Below are positions 52,181 through 64,000 of a stretch of DNA of 64,000 nt, one piece after another. Both the position numbers and the translations under genes were made by a program. Under the pieces are notes generated by a model. That model ran no database searches and was not told the origin of the DNA. It saw only the letters and a program-made list of their open reading frames with translations. Every line of letters begins with the position of its first letter. The first letter of the stretch is position 1. The stretch is taken from NCBI GenBank assembly GCA_964016885.1, contig OZ024753.1:9672001-9736000 (forward strand), given 5' to 3'. Origin of the DNA: Eledone cirrhosa. Its lineage: Eukaryota.

Positions 52181-52350
52181 TGTGTGTGTGAGAGGAACAA
52201 GAGAGACTGGGGGAGAAAAGAGAGAGAGGAGGGAGGGAGAAATATATATATATATAGAGAGAGAGAGAGTGTGTGTGTGAGAGGAACGAGAGAGAGAGAC
52301 TGGGGAAGAAAAGGGAGAGACTGGAGAAGAAAAGGGAGAGAGAGAAAGCA

Positions 52351-52389
<39 letters not shown>

Positions 52390-52782
52390 TTGGGGGAGAA
52401 GAGAGAGAGAGAGAGAGATTGTGTGGAGAGAGAGAGAGAGGGTTTATTGGAAGTTGAAACTTTAGAAATCATCTGATTTTCTTGGTGGTGATCTTCAAAG
52501 ACTTATGAAAAATGGAACATGAAGCTTGTTATATAATAAACATAGTACAAAGCTGTTTGAATATCAAAATGAGCACTAGCTGGTACCTGAGGGTGTGTGT
52601 GTGTGCATGCATATGTGTGTGTGAGCGTGCGATTGTGTGTGTGTGTGTAAGCGTGCAATTGTGTGTGTGTGTGTGTGTGTGAGTATGCACGTGCATGCAT
52701 TTAAGTGTGTGCATGCATGTGTGCTATATTTATATATATATATATAAATATACATATATATATATATATAAATATACATACA

Positions 52783-52851
<69 letters not shown>

Positions 52852-52964
52852 GTGTGAAAGTATTATTAAAAGCAATTTTATGGCATTTTATTGCAGATTT
52901 TTCAGGTTCTTTTTAAGTCCTTTGTATTTTGTTTTGCAACAACTGTAAAGTTTAGCAAGGTATA

Positions 52965-53793
52965 ATGGTGGTGGTGGTGGTGGTGGTGGTGATAGTGGTG
53001 ATGGTGGTGGTGGCGGTGGTGGTGATGCTGGTGGTGATAGTGGTGGTGGTGGTGGTGGTGGTGATGATGATGATGGTGATGGTGATGATGATGGTGGTGG
53101 TGGTGATGGTGGATGTAGGTGATGGTGGTGGTGATGGTGGTGGTGGTGGTGATGGTGGTGGTGATGGTGGTGATGGTGATGATGGTGGGGTGATGATGGT
53201 GGGGGTTGTGGTGATGATGGTGGCAGTGGTAATAATGATGATGATGGTGGTGGTGATGGTGTTGATGGTGGTGGTGATGGTGGTGATGGTGGTGGTGATG
53301 ATGGTGGGGCTTGTGGTGATGATGGTGGTAATAATGATGATGATGGTGGTGGTGATGGTAATGATGGTGGTTGTGCTAACAATGATGATGGTGATGATGG
53401 TGGGTGAGTTGTGGTGATGATGATGGCGGTAAAGATGATGGTGGGGGGTGGGGGTTGTGGTGGAGATGATAAAGTTCAAGATGATGATGATCATAATGGT
53501 GATGGCAGTGGTGATGATGGCGATGACGATGATGAGGATTTTGAAGATGACAATGATGATGATGACTATTATGATGACGATTATGATGAAGATGATGATG
53601 ATGACTATTATGATGACTATTATAATGATGATGATGATGACTATTATGATGACTATTATAATGATGATGATGATGATGATTATGATGACTATTATGATGA
53701 CGACGATGATGATGAAGATGATAATGATGATGATGACGAAGAAGAAGATGATGACGATGAAGAAGAAGGTGAAGAAGAAGAAGAAGAAGATGG

Positions 53794-53851
<58 letters not shown>

Positions 53852-53915
53852 GAAGAAGAAGAAGAAGAAGAAGAAGAAGAAGAAGAAGATGGTGATGATG
53901 AGAATAACGATGGTG
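52965..53915. repeat. (GGT/GAT/GAA)n tracts
   Basis: Direct inspection. Confidence 0.95.
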
Positions 53916-54109
53916 ATATTTCAAAGTCCTCTTGATGTGAAGTCCTCTTGATGTGAACTTCAAACAATGGGAAAAAATACCAAGACGGCATTTTTAACAT
54001 CAATGGACGCAGGAAAAGTTTACAGTTTTTCTAAACAAAATACAAAGCACTTAAAAAGAAAATATGAAAAAAACTTTCAATAAAAAATTACTAAACTGTT
54101 TTTAATAAT

Positions 54110-54325
54110 GGTTTCAACATTACGCACATAGCCAGTAATTTAGGGGAGGGAGGAGCAAGGGCAATTAAATTGACCCCCCAGCATATGACTGGTATATGAT
54201 ATCAAGTTCAACTGGATAAAAGGCAACACTGAGCTTAGCAGGATTTGAACTCAAAACAGAAAGAACCAGAATAAATTCTATGAAGTATTTGTTTGATGGT
54301 GTACCGACTCTGGTAATACACCACG
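54110..54325 (-). mobile_element. Degenerate SINE family B
   Basis: ggatttgaactc B-box, ggataaaaggcaa core, ccagtaatttaggggag tail. Confidence 0.6.
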
Positions 54326-55125
54326 CATACTGATGACATCATCACTATAGCCCTACCGACTCTGGTAATACACCACACATACTGATGACATCATCACTAT
54401 AGCCCTACCAACTCTGGTAATACACCACGCATACTGATGACATCATCACTATAGCCCTACCGACTCTGGTAATACACCACGCATACTGATGACATCATCA
54501 CTATAGCCCTACCGACTCTGGTAATACACCACGCATACTGATGACATCATCACTATAGCCCTACCGACTCTGGTAATACACCACACATACTGATGACATC
54601 ATCACTATAGCCCTACCGACTCTGGTAATACACCACACATACTGATGACATCATCACTATAACCCTACGGACTCTGGCAATACACCACACATACTCATGA
54701 CATCATCACTATAGCCCTACCGACTCTGCTAATACACCACGCATACTGATGACATCATCACTATAGCCCTACCGACTCTGGTAATACACCACACATACTC
54801 ATGACATCATGACTATAGCCCTACTGACTCTGGTAATACACCACACATACTGATGACATCATCACTATAGCCCTACCGACTCTGGTAATACACCACGCAT
54901 ACTGATGACATCATCACTATAGCCCTACCGACTCTGGCAATACACCACGCATACTGATGACATCATCACTATAGCCCTACCGACTCTGGTAATACACCAC
55001 ACATACTCATGACATCATCACTATAGCCCTACCGACTCTGGTAATACACCACACATACTCATGACATCATCACTATAGCCCTACCGACTGGCAATACACC
55101 ACACATACTGATGACATCATCATTA
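54302..55125. repeat. 52-bp minisatellite, ~16 copies
   Basis: taccgactctggtaatacaccacgcatactgatgacatcatcactatagccc. Confidence 0.97.
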
Positions 55126-55579
55126 TAATCATAATTGTTATCATACATCTGATATCCATGCTGGCATGGGTAAGTTGGCTTGTTAAAATTTGAGCCAGGT
55201 TTTATTAAAGACTGCTGCTCCCCTTGATGAGACAGAGGACTAAATCCTGCTCATAAGGCTCTAATTTTTGCCAAGGTTTCTACAGCTGGATGTATTGGAG
55301 CTGGCTCTCTCTCTCTCTCTCGCATGCCAATGCCAACCATTTTACAGTGTACTCAATGCATTTTATAATGGTACAAAGACTAAAGTACTTGTCATGTCTT
55401 TGACATGACTGGAGACACCATTCAACCCTAGGAGGGCATCAGAGTATCTACAGTATTCATTTTAAAAATGCTTCTATTGTTAATTAATTCTGTGTTACAT
55501 CTGCTACATATAAAGTATTTCTTCTCTGCCAACATGGCTGTCATCTCATTTCATTTCTTATGCACTCATTATTTACATT

Positions 55580-57075
55580 TAGTATAGCGTTCCTAACTAC
55601 TCTATATAGTATATACTATAGAGTTCCTACCTACTCTATATAGTATATAGTTCCTACCTACTCTATATAGTATATACTATAGAGTTCCTACCTACTCTAT
55701 ATAGTATATACTATAGAGTTCCTACCTACTCTATATAGTATATAGTTCCTACCTCCTCTATATAGTATATAGTTCCTACCTCCTCTATATAGTATATAGT
55801 TCCTAACTACTCTATATAGTATATACTATAGAGTTCCTACCTACTCTATATAGTATATAGTTCCTACCTACTCTATATAGTATATACTATAGAGTTCCTA
55901 CCTACTCTATATAGTATATAGTTCCTACCTACTCTATATAGTATATTCTATAGCGTTTCTACCTACTCTATAGAGTATATTCTATAGCGTTCCTACCTAA
56001 TCTATATAGTATATAGAATAGAGTTTCAACTTACACCATGTTATAGAGTCCTTATATACATAATATAGTATAAACTAAACAGTTCCTATCTACTCTATAT
56101 AGTATAGTTTCCACCTACTCTATATATTATAGTTTCTACCTACTCTATACAGTATAGAGTTTCTACCTACTCTATAAACTAAAGTGTTCCTATCTACTCT
56201 ATATATACTATAGAGTTCCAACCTAGTCTATTATATATACTATCAAGTTCCTATCTACTCCATATAATATAGAGTTCCTCCCTACTCTATATAGTATATG
56301 ATATAGAGTTCCTACTTACTCAATATAGTATAGAATTCCTACCTAATCTAATAGTATAGAGTTTCTACCTACTCTATAGTTCCTACCTACCCTATATAGT
56401 ATATACTATAGAGTTCCTAACTATACTATATAGTATATACTCTATAGTTCCTATCTACTCTGTATAGTATATACTATAGAGTTCCTACCTACCCTATATA
56501 GTATATACTATATAGTTCCTAACTAGTCTATATAGTATATACTATAGAGTTCCTACCTACTCTGTATAGTATATACTATATAGTTCCTAACTACTCTATA
56601 TAGTATATACTATAGAGTTCCTACCTACCCTATATAGTATATACTATAGAGTGCCTAACTACTCTGTATAGTATATACTATAGAGTTCCTACCTACTCTG
56701 TATAGTATATACTATAGAGTTCCTACCTACTCTGTATAGTATATACTATAAAGTTCCTACCTACTCTACATAGTATATACTATAAAGTTCCTACCTACTC
56801 AATGTAGTATATACTATAGAGTTCCTAACTACTCTACATAGTATATACTATAAAGTTCCTACCTACTCAATGTAGTATATACTATAGAGTTCCTAACTAC
56901 TCTGTATAGTATATACTATAAAGTTACTAGTTACTCTATATAGTATAAAGTTCCTAACTACTCTATATAGTATGGAAGTGCTATTACCAATGTTATTACC
57001 CGTGCAACGCCGGGATACACTGCTAGTATACTATAAAGTTCCTAACTACTCTATATAGTATATACTATAGACTTC
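55580..57075. repeat. 34/25-bp palindrome-containing minisatellite
   Basis: gttcctacctactctatatagtatatactataga. Confidence 0.95.
56974..57026 (+). mobile_element. Helitron 3' terminus
   Basis: cccgtgcaacgccggg hairpin, 8 nt, CTAG|T; resembles the end of 43645-44570. Confidence 0.7.
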
Positions 57076-57209
57076 CTATATACTCCGTTTCTACATATCA
57101 AACATAACCATCTCTTTGACAGTAGCAGATTCCTGGTTTCTTTCCTCCTAACAAAAACTTATGTATTTGCTAGCTTTACTTGGAGTTCTCTCTATTCTAA
57201 GCTTGGCTT

Positions 57210-57395
57210 CATCATCATCATTTTACGTCCACTTTTCCCTGCTTGCAAGGGTTGGACGGGTCCTATTCAGCACAGCATCTCTCCACTTGTCACGGTCCTT
57301 CGTCATCTCCTCAGTGAGTTTCAGCGACCTGAGGTTAGTTCTCACCACCTCCACCCATGTTTTAGTTGGTCTTCCTCTAATGCGTATTCCTTCTA
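57210..57395 (-). mobile_element. RTE LINE extreme 3' fragment
   Basis: Homologous to 10555-10740. Confidence 0.85.
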
Positions 57396-57412
57396 CTTAT
57401 TTGAAAATATAT

Positions 57413-57448
<36 letters not shown>

Positions 57449-57994
57449 TCCTCATGCAGTAAACTCTCATAGCATCACTTGTTCCATGCCTTTTGACAGT
57501 ATATCTGTCACTTTCAATAGCTGGTCCCTCTATTCAGTCTCCCCGCCCTCTCTCTCTCTCCTTATGCAGTAAACTCTCACAGAATCAGGTTCAGTGCCTT
57601 TTGACTATATATCTGTCAGTTCCAACAGCTGGTCCCTCTATTAAGTCTCTCGCCATCCCTTTTTATTACTTATATCAGTGATAACAAACAAGTACACCAC
57701 AATTATTCCACAGTACACACTTTTCCTCAATGATATCTTGAATGACATTGACCTGTTGGTTTTCAATCCAGAAAATCTTACAGCTTTCAGACTGTCACTA
57801 CAAAACATTGCTAAGCCTCTTTATTTCAGCTTATATCCATGTTATGCCTGATATCTAGCTTTTCTTCTAACAACAACATATAATATATCAAATTATTGCT
57901 ATTAAAAACATGATTGAATTTCAGTTTTATCATTTTTATTTGATATATATTCATATTTCTTTATTAGTTTTTTATTCTATTCTAAGGCCCCACT

Positions 57995-58163
57995 CGGTCA
58001 TGAATGACCCCTCTGAAAGTTCCCCTCTGAGGCACAAGCCTGGGCAAGGTTTATTTTGTGGAAGGCCAGTAGTCACCCATGCATACCAGTCTCTCCTCTC
58101 TACCCCACCGATGATGTCCAAGGGAAAGGCAATGGCCTGATACAGCTTGGCACCAGTGATGTC

Positions 58164-58199
<36 letters not shown>

Positions 58200-58428
58200 A
58201 TATACTCTATGTGCAGTATATATACACTATATATGATGTCGTCCAAGGGAAAGGCAATGACGGACACGGTTTATAGATGTCGCAACTCATTTCTACAGCT
58301 GAGTAAACTGGAGCAACATGAAATAAAGTGTCTTGCTCAAGGACACAATACATTACCAGGTCCGAGAATCGAACTCACAACATCTCAGTTTCAAGCCCAA
58401 TGCTCTAACCACTAAGCCATGCGCCTTC
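57995..58428 (-). mobile_element. Older tRNA/CORE SINE variant interrupted by (TA)n
   Basis: Family-A-like head and CORE, different 3' body. Confidence 0.75.
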
Positions 58429-58579
58429 TTTATATTGTCTTTATATTTAAACAAACACGCATGTATCAAGAATGTCCTGGTGATTTCGTATGAATGAAAC
58501 TGGTTTAGTCCTGGAGAAGTCATTTGTATATATATTAGATATATAGACAAAAACACACACACACACATTATATATGTAT

Positions 58580-59337
58580 ACATCATCCCTACACCACCCT
58601 TACTCTGTAAAGTTATGCTGGTATCACAAAAACATCCAGCCCATACTGTAAAGTGGTCATGTAGGAGACACAGTAAAAAGGTTCCCAGTCCACACTGTAA
58701 AGTGGTTATGTAGGTATCACAAAAACATCCAGCCCATACTGTAAAGTGGTCATGTAGGTATCATGACAAAAAGCACCCAGTCCACACTGTAAAGTGGTCA
58801 TGTAGGAGACACAGTAAAAAGGTTCCCAGTCCACACTGTAAAGTGGTCATGTAGGTATCACGACAAAAAGCACCCAGCCCACACTGTAAAGTGGTCATGT
58901 AGGAGACACAGTAAAAAGGTTCCCAGTCCACACTGTAAAGTGGTCATGTAGGTATCACGACAAAAAGCACCCAGCCCACTCTGTAAAGTGGTCATGTAGG
59001 AGACACAGTAAAAAGGTTCCCAGTCCACACTGTAAAGTGGTCATGTAGGTATCACGACAAAAAGCACCCAGCCCACACTGTAAAGTGGTCATGTAGGAGA
59101 CACAGTAAAAGGCACCCAGCCCACACTGTAAAGTGGTCATGTAGGAGACACAGTAAAAGGCACCCAGCACACACCGTAAATGTGGTTGGCATTAGGAAGA
59201 GCATCCAGCTGCAGAAATCTAGCCAGAAACAGTCCTATATGAGCAAGACTCAGTCGCTCGACCCAACTTGCCTCTAATGGGACAAACCCTTCTAACCCAT
59301 GCTAGCATGGAAGATAGACGATAAACAATGATGATGA
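58580..59337 (+). mobile_element. RTE 3'UTR-type element with ~42-bp module expanded ~13 times
   Basis: cacactgtaaagtggtcatgtagg units in two alternating variants, then UTR end and (GAT)n. Confidence 0.85.
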
Positions 59338-59350
59338 TATATACACACAC

Positions 59351-59391
<41 letters not shown>

Positions 59392-59504
59392 GGTCATTAT
59401 AATATATATTATTTTATGGCTTCACTGAATAAAAGTATCTTAAATTTATATCTATTTCATACATCAAAAGAAATCTATTGATTGAAGGTTTCGAAATATA
59501 GATG

Positions 59505-59509
59505 GACAA

Positions 59510-59543
<34 letters not shown>

Positions 59544-59578
59544 GGTGATGATGGTGGTGGTGGTGGTGATGATGGTGG

Positions 59579-59610
<32 letters not shown>

Positions 59611-60475
59611 ATGATGATAAAAATGATGATAATGAAATGGTAGAGGGTTGTTTTCATAATGATGATGATGATGATGATGATGATGGTGATGATAATGGTG
59701 ATGATAATGGTGATGGTGGCTGAGTGCCATTGATAGTGCTGCTGATGATGATGATGGGGGGAGGGGTGGTTGTGGTGACCATTATGGAGCTAATGACATT
59801 TATGAAGAACTCAATAGGTGTTAATAGCTTATGTTTATGCCAGTGGCAATGATGGTGGTGTTGGTGATGATGGTGGTGATGATGATGATGATGATGGTGA
59901 TGGTGGTGATGGTGATGATGGTGATGATGATGACAGTGATAATGGTGATGGTGATGATGCTGGTGGTGGTGGTGATGGTGATGATGTTGATGTTGGTGAT
60001 GATGATGATGGTGGTGATGATGGTGATGGTGGTGGTGGTGATGATGGTGATAATGGTGATGACAGTGATAGTGGTGATGATGATGGTGATGGTGATGATG
60101 GTGATGATGATGATGATGGTGGTGGTGGTGATGTTGATGGTGATGGTGGTGATGATGGTGATGATGGTGATGATGATGGTGGTAATGATGATGGTGATGA
60201 TGGTGATGATGGTGATGGTGATGATGTTGGTGATGGTGGTGATGAAGGTGGTGGTGATGATGATGGTGATGGTGGTGATGATGGTGATGGTGATGATGAT
60301 GGTGATGGTGGTGATGATGGTGATGGTGGTGGTGATGGTGATGATGATGGTGGTGGTGATGATGTTGGTGATGGTGATGATGGTGATGAAGGTGGTGGTG
60401 ATGATGATGGTGATGGTGGTGATGAAGGTGGTGGTGATGATGATGGTGGTGATGATGGTGACAACGATGGAAGTG
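59505..60475. repeat. (GAT/GGT)n tracts
   Basis: Direct inspection. Confidence 0.95.
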
Positions 60476-60735
60476 ATGTAAAAACACTAGAGCCTGCGTA
60501 AATGGTCAGAAGAGAGGCAGTAAACAATATTTTTCAAAGACTAAAATAAAAAGATGAAAATAAGATAAAATAAAGCAAGTAAAATATTCTTGTATTTACT
60601 GACATAGAGAGGAGTCTATGATGGGTGTGGAAGTTGATGAACTTGTCTTAAGATATCAGTGCATTGGTTCATATTATTCCTAGCAGAAAATGTATTGAGA
60701 TCATGTTAACAGTGTTTATGAGAGGAATATATACT

Positions 60736-60871
60736 TGTTTCTACTTTAGGCACAAGGCCAGCAATTACCCAGTGCATTACTGGTACTTTATTTTATCGAC
60801 CCCGTAAGGATGAAAGGCAAAGTCAACCTCGGCGGGATTTGAACTCAGATCGTAAAGGGACGTAACTATGC
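60736..60871 (-). mobile_element. 5'-truncated SINE family B with 17-bp TSD
   Basis: tgagaggaatatatact at 60719-60735 and 60872-60888. Confidence 0.92.
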
Positions 60872-60889
60872 TGAGAGGAATATATACTG

Positions 60890-61870
60890 CAAGACAATCT
60901 TGAAGAGTACAAAACATCACTATGATTGTATCACATTAAAAACTAATGCTTTTACTTTAACCCTTTAGTATTTAAACCGGCCGTAACCAGCCACTCATAC
61001 TGATGTTAACATATTGTTCTCAAAATAAATAATATCAAAATCTTATAGATTCAATATTATGAGATAATTATGTGAGATAAAGGTTGAAACCATTATTAAA
61101 GGTAAAGCCTTTACTGTGAAAATACAATAGTATATATAATGTAGATGTCATGTGAGATATTATGTGAGGTAAAGCCTTTACTGTGAAAATACAATAGTAA
61201 ATATAGGGTAATGTAAATGTTATGTAAGATAATTATGTGTAAATTATGAGTAAATTATGTTATGTAAGATAATTATGTGAGGTAAAGGTTTTACCATGAA
61301 AATACAATAGTAAATATAGAGTAATGTAAATACTAAAGGGTTAATATAGCAAATTTTCACAACAATCTATTCACTAGCAATGATATTATAAACATTTCAA
61401 ATAATAAACCACATGAAGCCACATTAGTAAGATATTCTTGAAAAGTACAAAACAGCACTATGACTATATCACATTAAATACTAATGTCTTTAAAATTCCA
61501 AATTTTCACAACAGTCTATTCACTGGTAATGATATAATAAACATTTGAATTAACAAACCACATAAACCACATTAGCAAGGCATTTTTGAAAAGTACAAAA
61601 CAGCACTATGGCTATATCACATTAAATACTAATGTCTTTAAAATTCCAAATTTTCACAACAGTCTATTCATTAGTAATGGTATAATAAACATTTGAATTA
61701 ACAAACCACATAAACCACATTAGCAAGGCATTTTTGAAAAGTACAAAACAGCACTATGATTAAATCACATTAAATACTAATGTCTTTATTTTAATACTGC
61801 AAATTTTCACAACAATTTGTTCACTAGTAATGATATAATAAACATTTGCATTAATAAACCACATTAGCAA
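60890..61870. repeat. ~150-bp tandem repeat (~4 units), first unit split by the MITE
   Basis: gtacaaaaca.cactatg..tcacattaaa.actaatg at ~60907, 61445, 61593, 61741. Confidence 0.85.
60961..61340 (+). mobile_element. piggyBac-like MITE
   Basis: TTAA TSD on both sides; TIR ccctttagtattta/taaatactaaaggg. Confidence 0.9.
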
Positions 61871-62524
61871 GATCATCATCATCTTTATTTAACGTCCATC
61901 TTCCAAACGAAGATGATTCAAGATATTCTTATAAAGTACAGATATTTTGTGCTGAATCATTACAGGATGCTAACTTGCTTAGAAGGAAAAAAAAATCTAC
62001 TGGCTCCTGTAAACTGAGTTAACAATACATCTGCTAAGGCGACATGTCAGACAATTTATCTTTAAGGCCAACAAAAAAGTTAAGCACTTTACACGAGGTG
62101 TAAGACATCCTACTCACAGAATAAAAAGTGACAAAACACCTACTATAGCCATATGTCGGACAATTTATCTATACAGCTGCTAATAAAAGAAATATGTTAA
62201 AACCAGAGGTAAGAAAAACGTCCTGACATTGAATGAATCAGGTTTTTCATATAATTTTCTACTGACAGAAGTCAAAATTGAATAAGAAAAAAAAAGAAAA
62301 GAAGAAGAATCAAATCTATTTTATTTAGTCTGTAGGCTGGCATATCACCACCACCACCATCATCATCATCATCATTATCATCATTACCATCGGTATTATA
62401 GTCCAAATATAAGTGGATGGAGAATTATTGCTAATATTGATCTAAGCAAGCTGGGTATGACAAGTAAAAGTGGTTAGAAAACAGGATGATGTCCAAAGAA
62501 AAATGTCCAGCAAATACAACTGAC

Positions 62525-62930
62525 CTATGTGTGTGTGTGTGTGGTGTGTGTGTAATTGTTTGTTTATCTGTTATTGTGTATATGTGTATGTGTGTGTATT
62601 CGTGTAAGTGTAACTGTTTGTGTATGTGTGTGTGTATGCATGAAATTGTGTATGTGTATATTTGCGTGTGTATGTGTAACTGTTTGTGTGTGTATGTAAC
62701 TGTGTAGGTGCGTGTATGTAACTGTTTGTGTGTGTATGTGTAATTGTGTGTGTGTGCAACCGTTTGTGTATATGTGGAACTGTTTGTGCGTGTATGTATG
62801 CAACTGTTTGTGTATATGTGGAACTGTTTGTGTGTGTGGGTGCAACTGTTTGTGTGTGTGTATGCAACTGTTTGTGTGTGTGGGTGCAACTGTTTGTGTG
62901 TGTGGGTGCAACTGTTTGTGTGCTTATGTG
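62525..62930. repeat. (TG)n minisatellite with aactgttt anchor
   Basis: Direct inspection. Confidence 0.9.
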
Positions 62931-62947
62931 TGGAGGTGGTAGACATT

Positions 62948-63175
62948 CATCATCATCATTTTACGTCCACTTTTCCCTGCTTGCAAGGGTGGGACTAAAG
63001 TCTAAAGTCTGTCTTAAGCCAGAAGGCTCATTTGGCCGGTGCTTATCCCGTGAAGCGACTGAGAGTACAAGACTCCCCCCTGGACAGGACGCCAGTCCAT
63101 CAAAGGGTTAAACCTCCAGCCATTGCTGGCACTCATTTTCAGCTGAGTAAACTGGAGCAACGTCAAATAAAGTGG
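62948..63175 (-). mobile_element. Short RTE tail next to a different SINE body (V-domain-like)
   Basis: ggacaggacgccagtccatc..ggg motif joined to family-A-like cagctgagtaaactggagcaa. Confidence 0.55.
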
Positions 63176-63479
63176 GTAGACATTACCAACATAATAAAGC
63201 GATAATCTCTTAATAGCCTGAGGAAAAACTGGGTCTTTGATAGAGAGGTTGACCTGTCTGAGAGGACTGATACATCATCATCATCATCATCATTTAATGG
63301 CCACTTTTTCATGCTGGCATGGGTTGGACAGGTCATCAAAGGACAAGTCAGTATTTAACTGGAGGTAATGTCCTCCAAGGATCCTACATTCTTGAAAGTA
63401 CAACTGGGAAGGATGAGAGAAAAACCTAATGGCGGCACAATTTGAACACAGAACTTACAATGAAAATTTATTCTTTAGT

Positions 63480-63950
63480 TGTGTCAAGGACATGACAGCT
63501 TCCCTGGTGCTGGTGATCTACACAATAAAAGCACCTACTACACTCTGTAAAAGTGGTTGGTGTTAGGAAAGGCATCCAGCTGTAGAAAGTTTGCCAAATA
63601 GAGGGTTGGGAGGACCCTTTAGTTACATCAAGGACATGACAACCTCTCTGGAGTTAGGGATCTACACCATAGAAGTACCCAGTACATGCTGTAAAGTGGT
63701 TGGTGTTAGGAAGGGCATCCAGTCATAGAAAGCTTGCTAAACAATGGGTTAGGAGAACCCTTCAGTTTGTGTCAAAAAACACAACTTCTCTGCACTCGAT
63801 AATGACTGTACTTAAGCGGGATACAGATCTCCCAGATCAGTTGATCTGGGAGATCAGTAACCTTGCATCAGTACTGACTCAGTCTATGTAGACTCATCAA
63901 CCCTTGTTAACAGGGAAAGCAGATGTTAAATGATGATGATGATGATGATG
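63480..63950 (+). mobile_element. RTE-related repeat with duplicated module and (GAT)n tail
   Basis: gtggttggtgttaggaa.ggcatccag x2; homologous to 7790-8090. Confidence 0.7.
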
Positions 63951-64000
63951 AAACACATTAAATCTTATAATCAGGATTTAAAATGCACTGGATTTAAATA

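Noticed and set aside
54329-55115. CTGATGA in each 52-bp unit as a hammerhead or box C motif
   Set aside because: No GAAA core or supporting helices

Overview
AT-rich, repeat-saturated eukaryotic DNA with no recognisable host protein-coding gene, probably intronic or intergenic. The SINE families, RTE LINEs with (GAT)n tails and extreme (TA)n/(CA)n load suggest a coleoid cephalopod such as Octopus (inference). Contents: a 5'-truncated, inactivated RTE-clade LINE (12714-16072) and further RTE fragments; two abundant tRNA-derived SINE families; hAT, piggyBac-like and mariner-like MITEs; a non-autonomous Helitron nested in a MITE; many mini- and microsatellites; and a 200-N gap. Nearly all listed ORFs are simple-repeat artefacts. 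The main signal is a set of about nine sequence-diverse loci with whole, degenerate or half type-I hammerhead ribozyme motifs. Most sit beside (TA)n tracts, several lie in long fold-back palindromes centred at or in the ribozyme, and one follows a Penelope GIY-YIG C-terminus. Also notable are two diverged satellites made from the same 123-bp RTE segment with an identical junction. All structures were read by eye; none has been computed or tested.
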